Source: an uncultured Actinomycetes bacterium
GTDB taxonomy: Bacteria > Actinomycetota > Thermoleophilia > RBG-16-64-13
Direction: 5' to 3'
Length of the DNA stretch: 64,000 nt
Assembly (NCBI GenBank): GCA_963841735.1
Contig: CAWJDT010000001.1
Span: 1,216,001 to 1,280,000 of the forward strand
The translations under genes were made by a program, and so were the position numbers. Under the pieces are notes generated by a model. The model made no database searches, was not told the DNA's origin, and was given only the letters and a program-made list of their open reading frames with translations. Shown piece after piece: positions 51,016-62,565 of this stretch. How positions within the stretch are numbered: position 1 is the first letter of the stretch; every line of letters begins with the position of its first letter.

Positions 51016-54000
51016 ATGGTAGTCGTCGTCACGCTCTCCCCGCGGGACTACGACGCGGTTCTATTCGATCTTGACGGGGTGTTGACCAGGACCGCGCGCG
51101 TGCATGCCTCCGCCTGGAAGAAGCTGTTCGACGGCTTTCTCGAGCGGCGCGCCGCTCAAACGGGCGAACCGTTCGTTCCCTTTGATATCGACGCCGACTA
51201 TTCGCGTTACGTCGATGGCAAGCCGCGCTACGATGGCGTGACATCCTTCCTCGACTCACGCGGGATCGAATTGCCGTTTGGCGAGCCCGAAGACGGTCCC
51301 GACGTGCAGAGCGTGCGTGCGCTGGGCAATCTGAAGGACCGGTATTTCCTGCAGCACCTGCAGGAGCATGGCGTCGAGCCCTATGAAGGCTCGATCGCGC
51401 TGGTGCGCCAGCTGCGGGCGCAGGATATCAAGACTGCCGTTGTGTCCTCCAGCAACAACTGCTCGGCGGTGCTCGAGGCAGCAGGCATCGCGCACCTGTT
51501 CGATGCGCAAGTGGACGGGACCGACGTGACACGCCTCGAACTCAAGGGCAAGCCCGCACCGGACGCTTTTCTGGAGGCGGCGCGGCGCGTCGGAGCAATA
51601 CCTGCGAATGCCGTTGTGGTGGAGGACGCGATCGCCGGCGTGGCGGCCGGGCGCGCCGGTCGCTTCGGCTATGTAATCGGTGTCGATCGTCGTGGGCAGG
51701 CGGCGGCTCTGCTCGAAGCCGGCGCTGACGTCGTGGTGACCGATATGGGCCAGATCCAGGTGGCAGCGGAATCGCCTTCCGAGTGGTCACTGGTATTTGA
51801 GGGTCTTGACCCGGCGCAAGAGGGCATCCGCGAAGCCTTGTGCACCCTGGGGAATGGCTTTTTCGCGACGCGCGGCGCCGACGCCGGGGCGGTGGCGGAC
51901 GGCACTCACTATCCGGGGACCTACCTGGCCGGCGGCTACAACCGGCTGAACACCGACATCGGCGGTCGCATGGTCGAGAACGAGGATCTGGTGAATCTCC
52001 CCAACTGGCTCGCACTTGAGTTTCGCATCGGCGAGCAGGGCTGGTTCGATGCGCGAACGGTGGAGCTGCTCTCGTACCGCCAGGAGCTCGATCTGCGACG
52101 GGGCATGTTGGTGCGGAACATCAGCTTCGAAGACGGCCAAGGGCGGCGCAGCACGCTCGTGGAGCGACGTCTGGTCTCCATGAGCGATATGCATCTGTGC
52201 GCGCTGGAACTGGCGCTGACCGCCGAAAACTGGTCAGCAGGTGTCACGGTGCGTTCGGCGATCGACGGACGCATCGTCAACACGGGCGCGAAGCTGTACC
52301 GCAAGTTCAACAACAAACATGTGGAGCCGCTGGAAGGCGAGGCCGTTGGCGACGATGGCGTGCACCTGCTGGTGCGCACCTGCCAGTCGAATATTCATGT
52401 CGCGCAGACGGCACGAACGCAGGCGTTCCTCCACGGGCAGCCTCTCGAAGTCCGGCGCCGGGTCATCGAGGAATCGGGATACATCGGGCAGGAGATCAAA
52501 GTAGACGTCAAGCAAGGCGAGACGTTGGTGCTGGAGAAGGTGGCCTCCTTCTACACCTCGCGCGATCATGCCATTTCGGAGTGCGGGTTGGCGTCGCGAA
52601 AGGCGATCCTGCGTGCGGGTCGCTTTGACGCCTTGATGGCGGCTCATGTCTTTGCGTGGAAACACCTGTGGCGCCGCTTCGACGTACATATCCAGCCGGC
52701 CGATCACGGGTTCAAGTTGAACGTCCCGATGCTGCTTCGGTTGAACATGTTTCACCTGTTGCAGGCTGTATCGCCCAAGTCCATCGGACTGGATATCGGT
52801 GTGCCCGCACGGGGTTGGACCGGGGAGGCATATCAGGGCCATATATTCTGGGACGAGCTGTTCATCTTCTCGTTCTTCAATTATCGGATGCCCGAGATCA
52901 CCCGATCGCTTCTGATGTACCGCTACCGGCGTTTGGGCGAGGCGCGTGCGGCCGCCGCCGCGGCTGGGTATAAGGGCGCGATGTTTCCCTGGCAGAGCGG
53001 AAGCGACGGCCAGGAGGAGACCCAGGAGCTTAACCTGAACCCTCGTTCGCAGCGGTGGGTGCCCGACAACTCCTACCTGCAGCGCCACGTGGGCAGTGCC
53101 ATCGCCCTAAACGTCTGGCAGTACTTCCAGGTGACTCACGACGTCGAGTTTCTGGATTTCTACGGCGCGGAACTGATTCTTGATATCGCCCGCTTCTGGT
53201 CGAGCATCGCCAGCTTCGATGACGAGCGCGGGCGCTACGGGATACGTGGCGTGATGGGTCCCGACGAGTTTCACGACGGCTATCCAGATTCAGCAACGCC
53301 TGGCCTCGACAACAACGCCTATACCAACATCATGGCGGTGTGGGTGCTTTGCCGGGCGTTGGAGGTGGTCGATCTGCTGTCCGACGTGCGTCGCGCCGAG
53401 CTCATGACGCGGCTGGACTTGTCGGCAAAGGAGATCGCGCGCTGGGGCGATATCAGTCGCAGGATGTACGTACCGTTTCATGACGACGGGATCATAAGCC
53501 AGTTTGAGGGCTACGAAGAGCTGCGTGAGCTCGACTGGGAGGACTATCGGAGGCGGTATGGCAATATTCAGCGACTCGATCTCATCCTCGAGGGCGAGAA
53601 CGATAGCGCCAACCGCTATAGGCTCTCGAAGCAGCCGGACGTTCTGATGTTGTTCTACCTGTTCTCCGCCGAGGAAATCGGCGAATTGTTCGAGCGTTTG
53701 GGCTATCCGTTCGAGTACGAGACCATTCCGCGAAACGTCGTTTACTATGCCGATCGTTCGTCCCAAGGCTCCACGCTGTCCCGAGTGGTTTACGCTTGGG
53801 TCTTGGCGCGCTCCGACCGGCCGCGGGCGATGGCATTCTTCGCGCAGGCGCTGCAGAGTGACGTGAACGATATCCAGCAAGGCACGACCGCGGAGGGTAT
53901 CCACCTCGGCGCCATGGCGGGATCTGTCGATCAGGTGCAGCGCGTATCGACAGGTCTCGAAGTCAGAGGCGATGTTCTGTGGCTCAATCCGGAATTGCCG

Positions 54001-54207
54001 CAGGAGATGGAGCGCCTCTACATGCGCATCCGTTACCGCGGTCATTCGCTCGATCTGAGGCTGACGCGCGACTCGCTCAGGGTTCGCAGCCGTGATGGTG
54101 CGGCGGCGCCCATTTCCTTGTCCGTCGACGGTGAGGTCTGTGAATTCGTCAGCGGAACCACCCGTGTCTTTCGATTGAACGACGATGCAACAGCCGGTCT
54201 CGGCTAG
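51016..54207 (+). CDS. Beta-phosphoglucomutase-like HAD fused to glycoside hydrolase family 65
   Basis: FDLDGV, KP.PD, VEDA; [33 protein letters not shown]. Confidence 0.93.
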   Translation: MVVVVTLSPRDYDAVLFDLDGVLTRTARVHASAWKKLFDGFLERRAAQTGEPFVPFDIDADYSRYVDGKPRYDGVTSFLDSRGIELPFGEPEDGPDVQSVRALGNLKDRYFLQHLQEHGVEPYEGSIALVRQLRAQDIKTAVVSSSNNCSAVLEAAGIAHLFDAQVDGTDVTRLELKGKPAPDAFLEAARRVGAIPANAVVVEDAIAGVAAGRAGRFGYVIGVDRRGQAAALLEAGADVVVTDMGQIQVAAESPSEWSLVFEGLDPAQEGIREALCTLGNGFFATRGADAGAVADGTHYPGTYLAGGYNRLNTDIGGRMVENEDLVNLPNWLALEFRIGEQGWFDARTVELLSYRQELDLRRGMLVRNISFEDGQGRRSTLVERRLVSMSDMHLCALELALTAENWSAGVTVRSAIDGRIVNTGAKLYRKFNNKHVEPLEGEAVGDDGVHLLVRTCQSNIHVAQTARTQAFLHGQPLEVRRRVIEESGYIGQEIKVDVKQGETLVLEKVASFYTSRDHAISECGLASRKAILRAGRFDALMAAHVFAWKHLWRRFDVHIQPADHGFKLNVPMLLRLNMFHLLQAVSPKSIGLDIGVPARGWTGEAYQGHIFWDELFIFSFFNYRMPEITRSLLMYRYRRLGEARAAAAAAGYKGAMFPWQSGSDGQEETQELNLNPRSQRWVPDNSYLQRHVGSAIALNVWQYFQVTHDVEFLDFYGAELILDIARFWSSIASFDDERGRYGIRGVMGPDEFHDGYPDSATPGLDNNAYTNIMAVWVLCRALEVVDLLSDVRRAELMTRLDLSAKEIARWGDISRRMYVPFHDDGIISQFEGYEELRELDWEDYRRRYGNIQRLDLILEGENDSANRYRLSKQPDVLMLFYLFSAEEIGELFERLGYPFEYETIPRNVVYYADRSSQGSTLSRVVYAWVLARSDRPRAMAFFAQALQSDVNDIQQGTTAEGIHLGAMAGSVDQVQRVSTGLEVRGDVLWLNPELPQEMERLYMRIRYRGHSLDLRLTRDSLRVRSRDGAAAPISLSVDGEVCEFVSGTTRVFRLNDDATAGLG

Positions 54208-54224
54208 AAAAGGGAGAATCGAGC

Positions 54225-56597
54225 ATGGACACAGAGACTCTTTCCCCGGAACTACTCCACAAGATGGACGCCTACTGGCGCGCCGCCAACTACCTGTCGG
54301 TGGGGCAGATATACCTCTACGACAATCCGCTGCTAAAGGAGCCGCTGAAGCTGTCGCATGTGAAGCCGCTGGTGGTCGGCCACTGGGGCACCACACCGGG
54401 CCAGAACTTCATCTATGTGCACTTGAACCGGGTCATCAAGAAATACGATCTGGACATGTTCTACGTCGCCGGCCCCGGTCACGGCGGCCCGGCCCTGGTG
54501 GCCAACACCTACCTTGAGGGCAGCTACAGCGAGATCTATCCCAACATCAGCCAGGACGAACCCGGGCTGAAGAAGCTGTTCACTCAGTTCTCGTGGCCCG
54601 GTGGGATCTCCAGCCATGTCGCTCCGTCCACGCCGGGTTCCATCCACGAGGGTGGCGAGTTGGGGTACTCGCTCAGCCATGCCTTCGGAGCCGCTCTCGA
54701 TAACCCCGAACTCATCGTAGCCTGCGTTGTGGGCGACGGTGAGGCGGAAACAGGCCCGCTGGCGACCGCCTGGCATAGCAACAAGTTTCTGAGCCCCATC
54801 AGCGACGGGGCCGTGCTGCCGATCCTGCATCTGAACGGCTACAAGATCAGCAACCCGACCGTGCTGGCCCGCATCGAGCATGAGGAGCTGGAGCAGTTCT
54901 TCTACGGCTGCGGCTGGACGCCCTACTTCGTGGAGGGTGACCAGCCGGAAGAGATGCACCAACTCATGGCCGGCACTTTGGACAAGGCCATCGAGAGCAT
55001 CCGCCAGATCCAAGCCAACGCCCGCGAAAACAACGACACCAAGCGGCCGCGCTGGCCCATGATCGTCCTCAACTCGCCCAAGGGCTGGACCGGACCGAAA
55101 GTCGTCGACGGTCTGCCGGTGGAGGGGACGTTTCGCTCGCACCAGGTGCCGATCATCGTGGATTCGGGGCATCCCGGTCATCTCGAGCTGCTTGAAGGCT
55201 GGATGAGGAGCTACAAGGCAGAAGAACTGTTCGATGAGCAGGGCCGGCTCCTGCCGGAACTGGCCGAGCTGGCCCCCAAGGGCGAGCGCCGGATGGGCGC
55301 CAACCCCCACACCAATGGCGGCAACCTGCTGCGCGACCTGCGCATGCCGGACTTCCGGGCGCAAGCGGTGGAAGTCCCTTCGCCCGGCGCGGTCGACGGC
55401 CAGGACACGCTCGTCCTGGGCAAGTTCCTGCGCGAAGTGACCAAGCTGAACATGGATCAGGGCAATTTCCGCGTCTTCGGTCCCGACGAGACCCTCTCCA
55501 ATCTCTTGGGCGCGGTCTTTGAGGTCACCGACCGGCAATGGGACGCCCGAGAAGTAGAGAACGATGAATTCTTGGCACCCGCCGGACGCGTGCTGGACTC
55601 GATGCTGAGCGAGCACCAGAGCGAGGGTTGGTTGGAAGGCTATCTGCTCACCGGACGGCATGGGTTGTTCAACTGCTACGAAGCCTTCATCCACATCGTC
55701 GATTCCATGTTCAACCAACACGCCAAGTGGCTGAAGGTCACGGCGGAACTGCCGTGGCGGCGAAAGATCGCTTCGCTCAACTACCTTCTTGCTTCCCACG
55801 TCTGGCAGCAGGACCACAACGGGTTCACGCATCAGGATCCCGGCTTCATCGACCATGTCGTCAACAAGAAGGCCGACATCGTGCGCGTCTACCTTCCACC
55901 CGACGCCAACTGCCTGCTTTCGGTCTTTGATCACTGTCTGCGCAGCCGGCACTACGTCAACGTGGTGGTGGCGGGAAAACACGCGATGCCTCAGTGGCTG
56001 GCTATGGACGAAGCCGTCAAGCACTGTACCGAGGGCATCGGAATCTGGCAATGGGCCAGTAACGACCAAGGCGCCGAGCCGGACGTGGTGATGGCCTGCT
56101 GCGGGGATACGCCCACGCTGGAGGTCTTGGCGGCGGTCTCCATCCTGCGCACGCATCTGCCCGATCTCAAGATCCGGGTGGTCAACGTGGTCGATCTCAT
56201 GAAGCTGCAGTCTGCGAGCGAACACCCACACGGCCTAAGCGACACCGACTACGACGCGCTGTTTACCAAAGACAAGCACATCATCTTCGCGTTTCATGGC
56301 TACCCGTGGCTCATCCATCGGCTGACCTATCGCCGCGCTAACCACAACCTGCACGTGCGCGGTTACAAGGAGGAGGGCACCATCACGACGGCTTTCGACA
56401 TAAGGGTGCAGAACGACCTGGACCGGTTCCACCTGGTCATGGACACCATCGATCGTCTGCCGCAGACCGGCGACAAGGGCGTCTATCTGAAGCAGCAACT
56501 GCAGGACAAGCTCATCGAGCACAAGCAGTACATCGACCAACACGGCCAGGACTTGCCGGAGATCAGGAATTGGAACTGGGATCCGGACGGGATGTAG
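54225..56597 (+). CDS. xfp: Phosphoketolase
   Basis: [39 protein letters not shown]. Confidence 0.97.
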   Translation: MDTETLSPELLHKMDAYWRAANYLSVGQIYLYDNPLLKEPLKLSHVKPLVVGHWGTTPGQNFIYVHLNRVIKKYDLDMFYVAGPGHGGPALVANTYLEGSYSEIYPNISQDEPGLKKLFTQFSWPGGISSHVAPSTPGSIHEGGELGYSLSHAFGAALDNPELIVACVVGDGEAETGPLATAWHSNKFLSPISDGAVLPILHLNGYKISNPTVLARIEHEELEQFFYGCGWTPYFVEGDQPEEMHQLMAGTLDKAIESIRQIQANARENNDTKRPRWPMIVLNSPKGWTGPKVVDGLPVEGTFRSHQVPIIVDSGHPGHLELLEGWMRSYKAEELFDEQGRLLPELAELAPKGERRMGANPHTNGGNLLRDLRMPDFRAQAVEVPSPGAVDGQDTLVLGKFLREVTKLNMDQGNFRVFGPDETLSNLLGAVFEVTDRQWDAREVENDEFLAPAGRVLDSMLSEHQSEGWLEGYLLTGRHGLFNCYEAFIHIVDSMFNQHAKWLKVTAELPWRRKIASLNYLLASHVWQQDHNGFTHQDPGFIDHVVNKKADIVRVYLPPDANCLLSVFDHCLRSRHYVNVVVAGKHAMPQWLAMDEAVKHCTEGIGIWQWASNDQGAEPDVVMACCGDTPTLEVLAAVSILRTHLPDLKIRVVNVVDLMKLQSASEHPHGLSDTDYDALFTKDKHIIFAFHGYPWLIHRLTYRRANHNLHVRGYKEEGTITTAFDIRVQNDLDRFHLVMDTIDRLPQTGDKGVYLKQQLQDKLIEHKQYIDQHGQDLPEIRNWNWDPDGM

Positions 56598-56627
56598 ACC
56601 GCAAAAAGCACTGAGCGCAGGGGAAGA

Positions 56628-57089
56628 ATGATGCACATCGGCATAGCCGCGGACCATGGCGGGTTTGAGTTGAAGATGTACCTGACTACGGCTCTGGAGG
56701 CCGCCGGGCATGAGGTGGTGGACTTCGGTGCCCTTGAGCTGGTCACGGATGATGACTACCCAGACCTTGTGGTGCCCATGGCGCAGGCGGTGGCTAGAGG
56801 CGATGTCACCCGGGGCCTGGCTATCTGTGGCAGCGGGGTCGGGGCCGGCGTTGCGGCCAATAAGGTGCCCGGCGTGCGTGCGGCGTTGATCACGGATCCC
56901 TACTCCGCTCATCAGGGGGTCGAGGACGACGATATGAACGTGATGTGTCTGGGCGGCCGGGTCACCGGGCATGCTCTGGCCTGGGACTTGGTCCAGACGT
57001 TCCTGAGCGCACGCTTCAAAGGGACCGAACGGTTCCAGCGCCGCCTGGCGAAGATATCGGCGCTGGAAAACAAGGAGATAGAGCTATGA
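56628..57089 (+). CDS. rpiB: Ribose-5-phosphate isomerase B
   Basis: ADHGG, DDYPD, CGSGVG, ANKVPGVRA. Confidence 0.93.
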   Translation: MMHIGIAADHGGFELKMYLTTALEAAGHEVVDFGALELVTDDDYPDLVVPMAQAVARGDVTRGLAICGSGVGAGVAANKVPGVRAALITDPYSAHQGVEDDDMNVMCLGGRVTGHALAWDLVQTFLSARFKGTERFQRRLAKISALENKEIEL

Positions 57090-58219
57090 AAGACAACCCT
57101 CTGAGGAAACTGGGAACGCTCGGTCAGTCAGTCTGGCTCGACTACATCCGCCGAGATCTGATCGCGAGCGGTGGACTCCGGCGTCTGATAGAGGGCGACG
57201 GACTGCGAGGGATGACCTCGAACCCATCCATTTTCGAGAAGGCGATCACGGGCAGCCAAGACTACGATGAGGACATCCGGGTCATGGCGCTTGAGGGAAA
57301 GAGCGTCAAGGCGATCTATGAAGCCCTCAGTCAGCGGGATGTGCAGAGCGCTGCCGATGAGTTCTGGCCTCTGTACGACAAGACTGAAGGAGCAGACGGA
57401 TATGTCAGTCTGGAGGTCGACCCCCACCTGGCCCACGACACCGGAGGCGCCGTAGAGGAGGGCCGCCGGTTGTGGGCCGCGCTTGATCGGCCCAACGTCC
57501 TCATCAAGGTACCGGGGACGGCCGAAGGCCTGCCCGTCATCCGGCAACTCATCAGCGAAGGCATCAACGTCAATGTGACCTTGCTCTTCGGGATCCCCCG
57601 CTACCGGCAGGTTGTGGAAGCATACCTCGCGGGTCTCGAGGCGCGGGTGAAGCAGGGGGAGCCGGTAAAGGCCGTTGCCTCTGTGGCCAGTTTCTTTGTG
57701 AGCCGTATTGACACGCTGGTGGATCCGCTGCTGGAAGAAGTCATCGCCCAAGGGGGCGAGAAGGCGGACACGGCAAAGATGCTGCATGGTCAGGTGGCCA
57801 TCGCCAGTGCGAAGGTGGCCTATCAGATCTACAAGAAAGTCTTCGACGGCGACCGTTTTGCGGGACTAGCCGACAAGGGCGCTCGCACCCAACGCCTGCT
57901 GTGGGCCAGTACCAGCACGAAGAACCCGGAGTATAGCGACGTGAAATACGTCGAAGCGCTCATCGGGCGCGACACTATCGACACCGTCCCGGTCGAGACC
58001 CTCGACAGTTATCGCGACCACGGTGACCCGAAAGATCTGATCGAACAAGAGGTCGCGAAGGCCCGCGAGGTGCCAAGCCGGCTGCCGGACTTGGGCATCG
58101 ACATCGATGAAGTGACGCAGCAGCTTGAGGATGAAGGGGTCGAGAAGTTCAGCCAAGCCTTTGACAAGCTGATGGAGGCCCTGGACAAGGCGGTGCAAAA
58201 GCAGAGCACACGCCGATGA
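57086..58219 (+). CDS. tal: Transaldolase
   Basis: GQSVWLD, TSNPSIF, VSLEV, LIKVP, NVTLLF, ASFFVSR, LWAST. Confidence 0.95.
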   Translation: MKDNPLRKLGTLGQSVWLDYIRRDLIASGGLRRLIEGDGLRGMTSNPSIFEKAITGSQDYDEDIRVMALEGKSVKAIYEALSQRDVQSAADEFWPLYDKTEGADGYVSLEVDPHLAHDTGGAVEEGRRLWAALDRPNVLIKVPGTAEGLPVIRQLISEGINVNVTLLFGIPRYRQVVEAYLAGLEARVKQGEPVKAVASVASFFVSRIDTLVDPLLEEVIAQGGEKADTAKMLHGQVAIASAKVAYQIYKKVFDGDRFAGLADKGARTQRLLWASTSTKNPEYSDVKYVEALIGRDTIDTVPVETLDSYRDHGDPKDLIEQEVAKAREVPSRLPDLGIDIDEVTQQLEDEGVEKFSQAFDKLMEALDKAVQKQSTRR

Positions 58220-58269
58220 ACGCGCAAGAGCTCACAGACACCGCCGCGATGGAAAGAAGAGGAGCATGA
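58216..58269 (+). pseudogene. 17-aa micro-ORF, probably a deletion scar of class I fructose-bisphosphate aldolase
   Basis: MNAQELTDTAAMERRGA*, with ATGA overlaps at both ends. Confidence 0.55.
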
Positions 58270-60728
58270 AGGCCCACAAGGCGAAGCAGGGAACCAAGCC
58301 CAAGTCTGGGGACGATCTGCAATCCATCCCCATGCCGGAGCTGCAGGCGAAGTTGGGGTCATCGCCGGACGGCCTCAGTCAAGTCGAGGCGCAGAAGCGG
58401 CTGGCCCAATACGGGCCTAACGAGATCGAAGAGAAAAAGACCAACCAGTTCCTGAAATTCCTCACCTATTTCTGGGGTCCTATCCCGTGGATGATCGAAG
58501 TGGCCGTGGTCCTTTCGGCGGTGGCCCGGCATTGGCCGGACTTCGGCATCATCTTCGTCCTGCTTGTGGCCAACGCTGTGGTCGGATTCTTGGAGGAGCA
58601 CCAGGCGGGCAACGCCATCGCCGCTCTGAAGGCCAAGCTGGCGCTGACGGCCAAACTGAAGCGTGATGGAAAGTGGATCACCTCCGCTTCTCGCGAGTTG
58701 GTGCCGGGCGACGTCATCCGCGTACGCTTGGGCGAAATCGTGCCGGCGGATGCGCGCTTGCTCGAGGGCGACCCCGTGGAGGTGGATCAGTCCGCGTTGA
58801 CCGGCGAGTCGCTGCCCGTCACGCGCAAGGCTGGGGAGGTCGTGTTCTCGGGATCGATCATCCGTCAGGGCGAGATCGACGCGCTGGTATACGCCACCGG
58901 CGCGAACACATACTTCGGTAAGACGGCGCAGCTGGTGCAGGAGGCGCGCACCGTCAGCCATTTCCAGCGTGCAGTGCTCAAGATCGGCAACTACTTGATC
59001 ATTCTGGCGGTAGTGCTAGTGGTGGTGATTATTGCCGTGGGGCTCATACGCCATGATCCTGTGCTCACTACGCTTCAGTTCGCCCTGGTGCTGACGGTGG
59101 CCGCCATTCCCGTGGCCATGCCCACGGTGCTGTCGGTGACCATGGCGGTCGGCGCGCGCCTGCTGGCCAAGAAAGAGGCGATCGTGACTCGGCTCGCGGC
59201 TATCGAGGAACTGGCGGGTGTGGACGTGCTGTGCTCGGACAAGACCGGCACTCTGACCCAGAACAAGCTGACACTGGGCGACCCCTTCAGCGTGGGCGAT
59301 ATCCCGGCCGAGCAGGTCATCCTCTGTGCTGCGCTGGCGTCGCGGGCCGAAGACCAGGACACCATCGACATGGCGGTGCTGGCCGGCCTGAAAGACGAGC
59401 AGGCCTTGAAGGGTTACCAGGTGGTCCACTATCAGCCGTTCGACCCTGTACACAAGCGCACCGAAGCCACGGTCAAGGGGCCGGACGGCAAAGAGTTCAA
59501 GGTGAGCAAGGGCGCGCCGCAGGTCATCTTGCAGTTGTCGGCCGGCGCCGCGCAGGTGAGGAGCGCCGTCGCCAAGGCCATCGACCAATTCGCGGTGCGG
59601 GGCTTCCGCTCGCTCGGAGTGGCTCGGGCGGACGGGCAGGGAACCTGGCAGTTTCTCGGCGTCTTGCCGCTTTTCGACCCGCCCCGGGAAGAAGCCAAAG
59701 CGACCATCGCGACCGCCCGCCAGATGGGGGTGAGCGTCAAGATGGTCACCGGTGATCAAGTGGCCATCGCTCGGGAGACCGCCGGCAAACTGGGACTGGG
59801 CACGAATATCCTTGATGCCAGTGGCTTCGGCGCCACCAAGCAGCAGGAGACCGCGCAGCTGGTTGAGTCAATCGAGGAAGCCGACGGCTTCGCTCAAGTG
59901 TTCCCCGAGCACAAGTATCACATCGTGGAAGTCCTGCAAAAACGTGGCCACATCGTCGGCATGACCGGCGACGGGGTGAACGACGCCCCCGCGCTGAAGA
60001 AGGCCGACTGCGGCATCGCGGTTTCGGGCGCCACAGACGCGGCGCGCGCGGCGGCGTCCATCGTGCTCTTGACGTCCGGGCTGTCGGTGATCATCGATGC
60101 GATCAAGGAAAGCCGGAATATCTTTCAGCGCATGAACAGCTACGCCATCTACCGCATCACCGAGACGCTACGTGTGCTGTTGTTCATGACCTTGGCGATC
60201 CTGGTATTCAACTTCTACCCGGTCACCGCGGTGATGATCGTGATGCTGGCGTTGCTCAACGACGGCGCCATCCTCTCCATCGCCTACGACAACGTTCGTT
60301 ACAAGGACGAGCCCGAGTCATGGAACATGCACATGGTGCTGGGGATTTCCACGGTGCTGGGCGTCATCGGGGTCGTGTCCGCGTTCGGCTTGTTCTATCT
60401 CAGCGAGCGCGTGTTCCACTTCGACCATGCGCACATCCAGACGCTGATGTATCTAAAACTGTCCGTGGCGGGTCATCTGACCATCTTTCTCACGCGCACG
60501 CGCGGACCGTTCTGGTCTCATCGGCCCGCGCGGGTATTGTGGATAGCAGTGCTGGGTACGCAAATCGTGGCAACGCTGATAGCGGTCTACGGGTTGTTCA
60601 TGACCCCCCTCGGCTGGGGCTGGGCGGCGTTTGTCTGGGGCTACGCTCTGGTGTGGTTCGTTCTCAATGACCGGTTGAAACTGCTGGCCTACCGGGTGCT
60701 GGACCCTTCCAAAACCGTCCTTCGGTAA
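58266..60728 (+). CDS. Plasma-membrane-type proton-efflux P3A ATPase
   Basis: FWGPIPWMIE, TGES, IPVAMP, CSDKTGT, KGAP, GDGVNDAP, LNDG. Confidence 0.95.
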   Translation: MKAHKAKQGTKPKSGDDLQSIPMPELQAKLGSSPDGLSQVEAQKRLAQYGPNEIEEKKTNQFLKFLTYFWGPIPWMIEVAVVLSAVARHWPDFGIIFVLLVANAVVGFLEEHQAGNAIAALKAKLALTAKLKRDGKWITSASRELVPGDVIRVRLGEIVPADARLLEGDPVEVDQSALTGESLPVTRKAGEVVFSGSIIRQGEIDALVYATGANTYFGKTAQLVQEARTVSHFQRAVLKIGNYLIILAVVLVVVIIAVGLIRHDPVLTTLQFALVLTVAAIPVAMPTVLSVTMAVGARLLAKKEAIVTRLAAIEELAGVDVLCSDKTGTLTQNKLTLGDPFSVGDIPAEQVILCAALASRAEDQDTIDMAVLAGLKDEQALKGYQVVHYQPFDPVHKRTEATVKGPDGKEFKVSKGAPQVILQLSAGAAQVRSAVAKAIDQFAVRGFRSLGVARADGQGTWQFLGVLPLFDPPREEAKATIATARQMGVSVKMVTGDQVAIARETAGKLGLGTNILDASGFGATKQQETAQLVESIEEADGFAQVFPEHKYHIVEVLQKRGHIVGMTGDGVNDAPALKKADCGIAVSGATDAARAAASIVLLTSGLSVIIDAIKESRNIFQRMNSYAIYRITETLRVLLFMTLAILVFNFYPVTAVMIVMLALLNDGAILSIAYDNVRYKDEPESWNMHMVLGISTVLGVIGVVSAFGLFYLSERVFHFDHAHIQTLMYLKLSVAGHLTIFLTRTRGPFWSHRPARVLWIAVLGTQIVATLIAVYGLFMTPLGWGWAAFVWGYALVWFVLNDRLKLLAYRVLDPSKTVLR

Positions 60729-60834
60729 CCCGAGGGTCGCCCTCAGAATGCCTGTGATAGGATTCACTCACTTTGCTCCTGTAGGCGTCGCGAGGCGGGA
60801 GCGGCCTACAATCGTGACCGATAGGGAGCCTGAC

Positions 60835-62265
60835 ATGACTGGTCGCCGAGCCGTCCCACGAGTAGGGCGGCATGGTGGTGTGATCGTACTCCGTCCGACT
60901 GCGCTGATCGGGGTATTGATGCTCCTCATGGTGGTCATTGCGCTGGCCATATCCTTGGCATCGTGCTCGTCCTCCGCTTCCACTTCGCTCACGGAAACGC
61001 CGTCGGGGCAGCCCGGCACCAGTGGGCAAAGCACGTCCACCGCCTCCTCCGGGTCCTCTGTTGAAGCGCAAATAGCTCAGACGACATCGTACGAGGAGCT
61101 GAAAGCGCTCTATAAACAGGCCATCAAGGATGGGGACGGCGAGATAGCCTACTTGGCAGGCAAGAGATACATCGAGATCGCCCCCGAAGGCGACGAGGGC
61201 TATATCTGGGCCGTCACCGGTCTGCTCGAGATGTCAAAGTCCAACTACGCGCAGATAGACGACTACCTGCAGCAGGCTTTCGCGTCGCTGCCGGATACGC
61301 AGAGGTTGGTCGATTCAATCAAAGAGGCCGAGCCTGAATTGGGCGTCGCTTGGCCCTTCATCCCGGATACGACCGCGGCTGAAGACCTGAACACAAGTGG
61401 CAACACCTGCGGCAACATGAGCGCGGGTGGGCTGGCAGCCGTCCAGGGTAAGTGGGCCTACTTCAGCAGCCAGGGCGACGAGGGCAAGCTCTACAAGATC
61501 GACCTTGTGATTCCCTCCGACCGCCAGAAGCTCTGTGATGACTCCGCCGGTTTCATCAACGTCTTAGGCGACACCATCTACTACCGCAACGGGAGCGATG
61601 GGAATTCGCTGTATTCCATCCGGGCCGACGGGGCGGAGCGGACAAAGCTCGGTTCAGACGCTGTTGATTGGCTCTCCGTGGAGAACGGATGGGTCTACTT
61701 TGGCACAGAGAGCGACGGGGAGGCGGGCCTGTACAGGGTGAAGACGGATGGCACCGAAAGGACCTTGCTGGTGCCCGTACTGACCAAGTACCCGTACGTG
61801 AGCGGCGAATGGGTGTACTACGTGAGCAAGAAGGACGAGGGTTCACTCTGGCGCGTTCCAGCCGGCGGTGGCGAACCGCAAAAGCTGATCGACGGATTCG
61901 TCTACTCCTACACGATCGCGGACGGCAGGCTCTACTACTTGGCGGATGCGGAGAAATGGCTGGCCGTATATGCCGCGGAAGCTGATGGATCTGCCAAGAA
62001 GGAGATCTACACGGTCGCCGGCAAGATCAGCACCTTCAACGTGTTCAAGGGCAACCTGTTTGTTTCGGTGCGGCCCGAAGCGACAAACAGGGACGTCATC
62101 AACGTTGTGGAACTCACATCACAGAAGGTCGTGAAAGAGCTTGACGCCGTCACCGAAGGGCTCTACTGCGCCGAACGGGTGCTGGTCTATGAGGACTGGT
62201 TCGACGGTAGCAGGTTGTATAGGGTCGACCTCAACAATTGGAACGTCGCCAAGATCGACCAGTAA
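60835..62265 (+). CDS. DUF5050-like beta-propeller lipoprotein
   Basis: Lipobox LASC, Ser/Thr linker, GNTCGN, repeats of WVYY...LYRVKTDG. Confidence 0.8.
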   Translation: MTGRRAVPRVGRHGGVIVLRPTALIGVLMLLMVVIALAISLASCSSSASTSLTETPSGQPGTSGQSTSTASSGSSVEAQIAQTTSYEELKALYKQAIKDGDGEIAYLAGKRYIEIAPEGDEGYIWAVTGLLEMSKSNYAQIDDYLQQAFASLPDTQRLVDSIKEAEPELGVAWPFIPDTTAAEDLNTSGNTCGNMSAGGLAAVQGKWAYFSSQGDEGKLYKIDLVIPSDRQKLCDDSAGFINVLGDTIYYRNGSDGNSLYSIRADGAERTKLGSDAVDWLSVENGWVYFGTESDGEAGLYRVKTDGTERTLLVPVLTKYPYVSGEWVYYVSKKDEGSLWRVPAGGGEPQKLIDGFVYSYTIADGRLYYLADAEKWLAVYAAEADGSAKKEIYTVAGKISTFNVFKGNLFVSVRPEATNRDVINVVELTSQKVVKELDAVTEGLYCAERVLVYEDWFDGSRLYRVDLNNWNVAKIDQ

Positions 62266-62565
62266 GCCGGGCCGAGCCGGGGAAATCTCGGGGCTGTTAC
62301 AATCCGCTTCAGTGATGGAGTCCGTCGATAATGCGGTTATTGCCCCTGGCGCTGCCCCACTCTCTGGGACTGCTTGCGAGGTGTGGCGTGTCCTAGGCAA
62401 GGGCCATCAGGTCGCAACCTCTCAGAATACGGAGGGCCCCTGTGAGGCGATGAACGTCTCGATGCCCCCATTGCAGCCGCCGCTCTGCGCGGGACGGTCT
62501 TTGCCCGGGGACGTATTCCTGAGAGCGAGTGGCAGACCGGAGGGCAACTGAGTGAGGAAGTCATC

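Noticed and set aside
62266-62565. Riboswitch in the long leader of the amidase gene
   Set aside because: No recognisable aptamer motif by eye; an Infernal/Rfam scan would be needed
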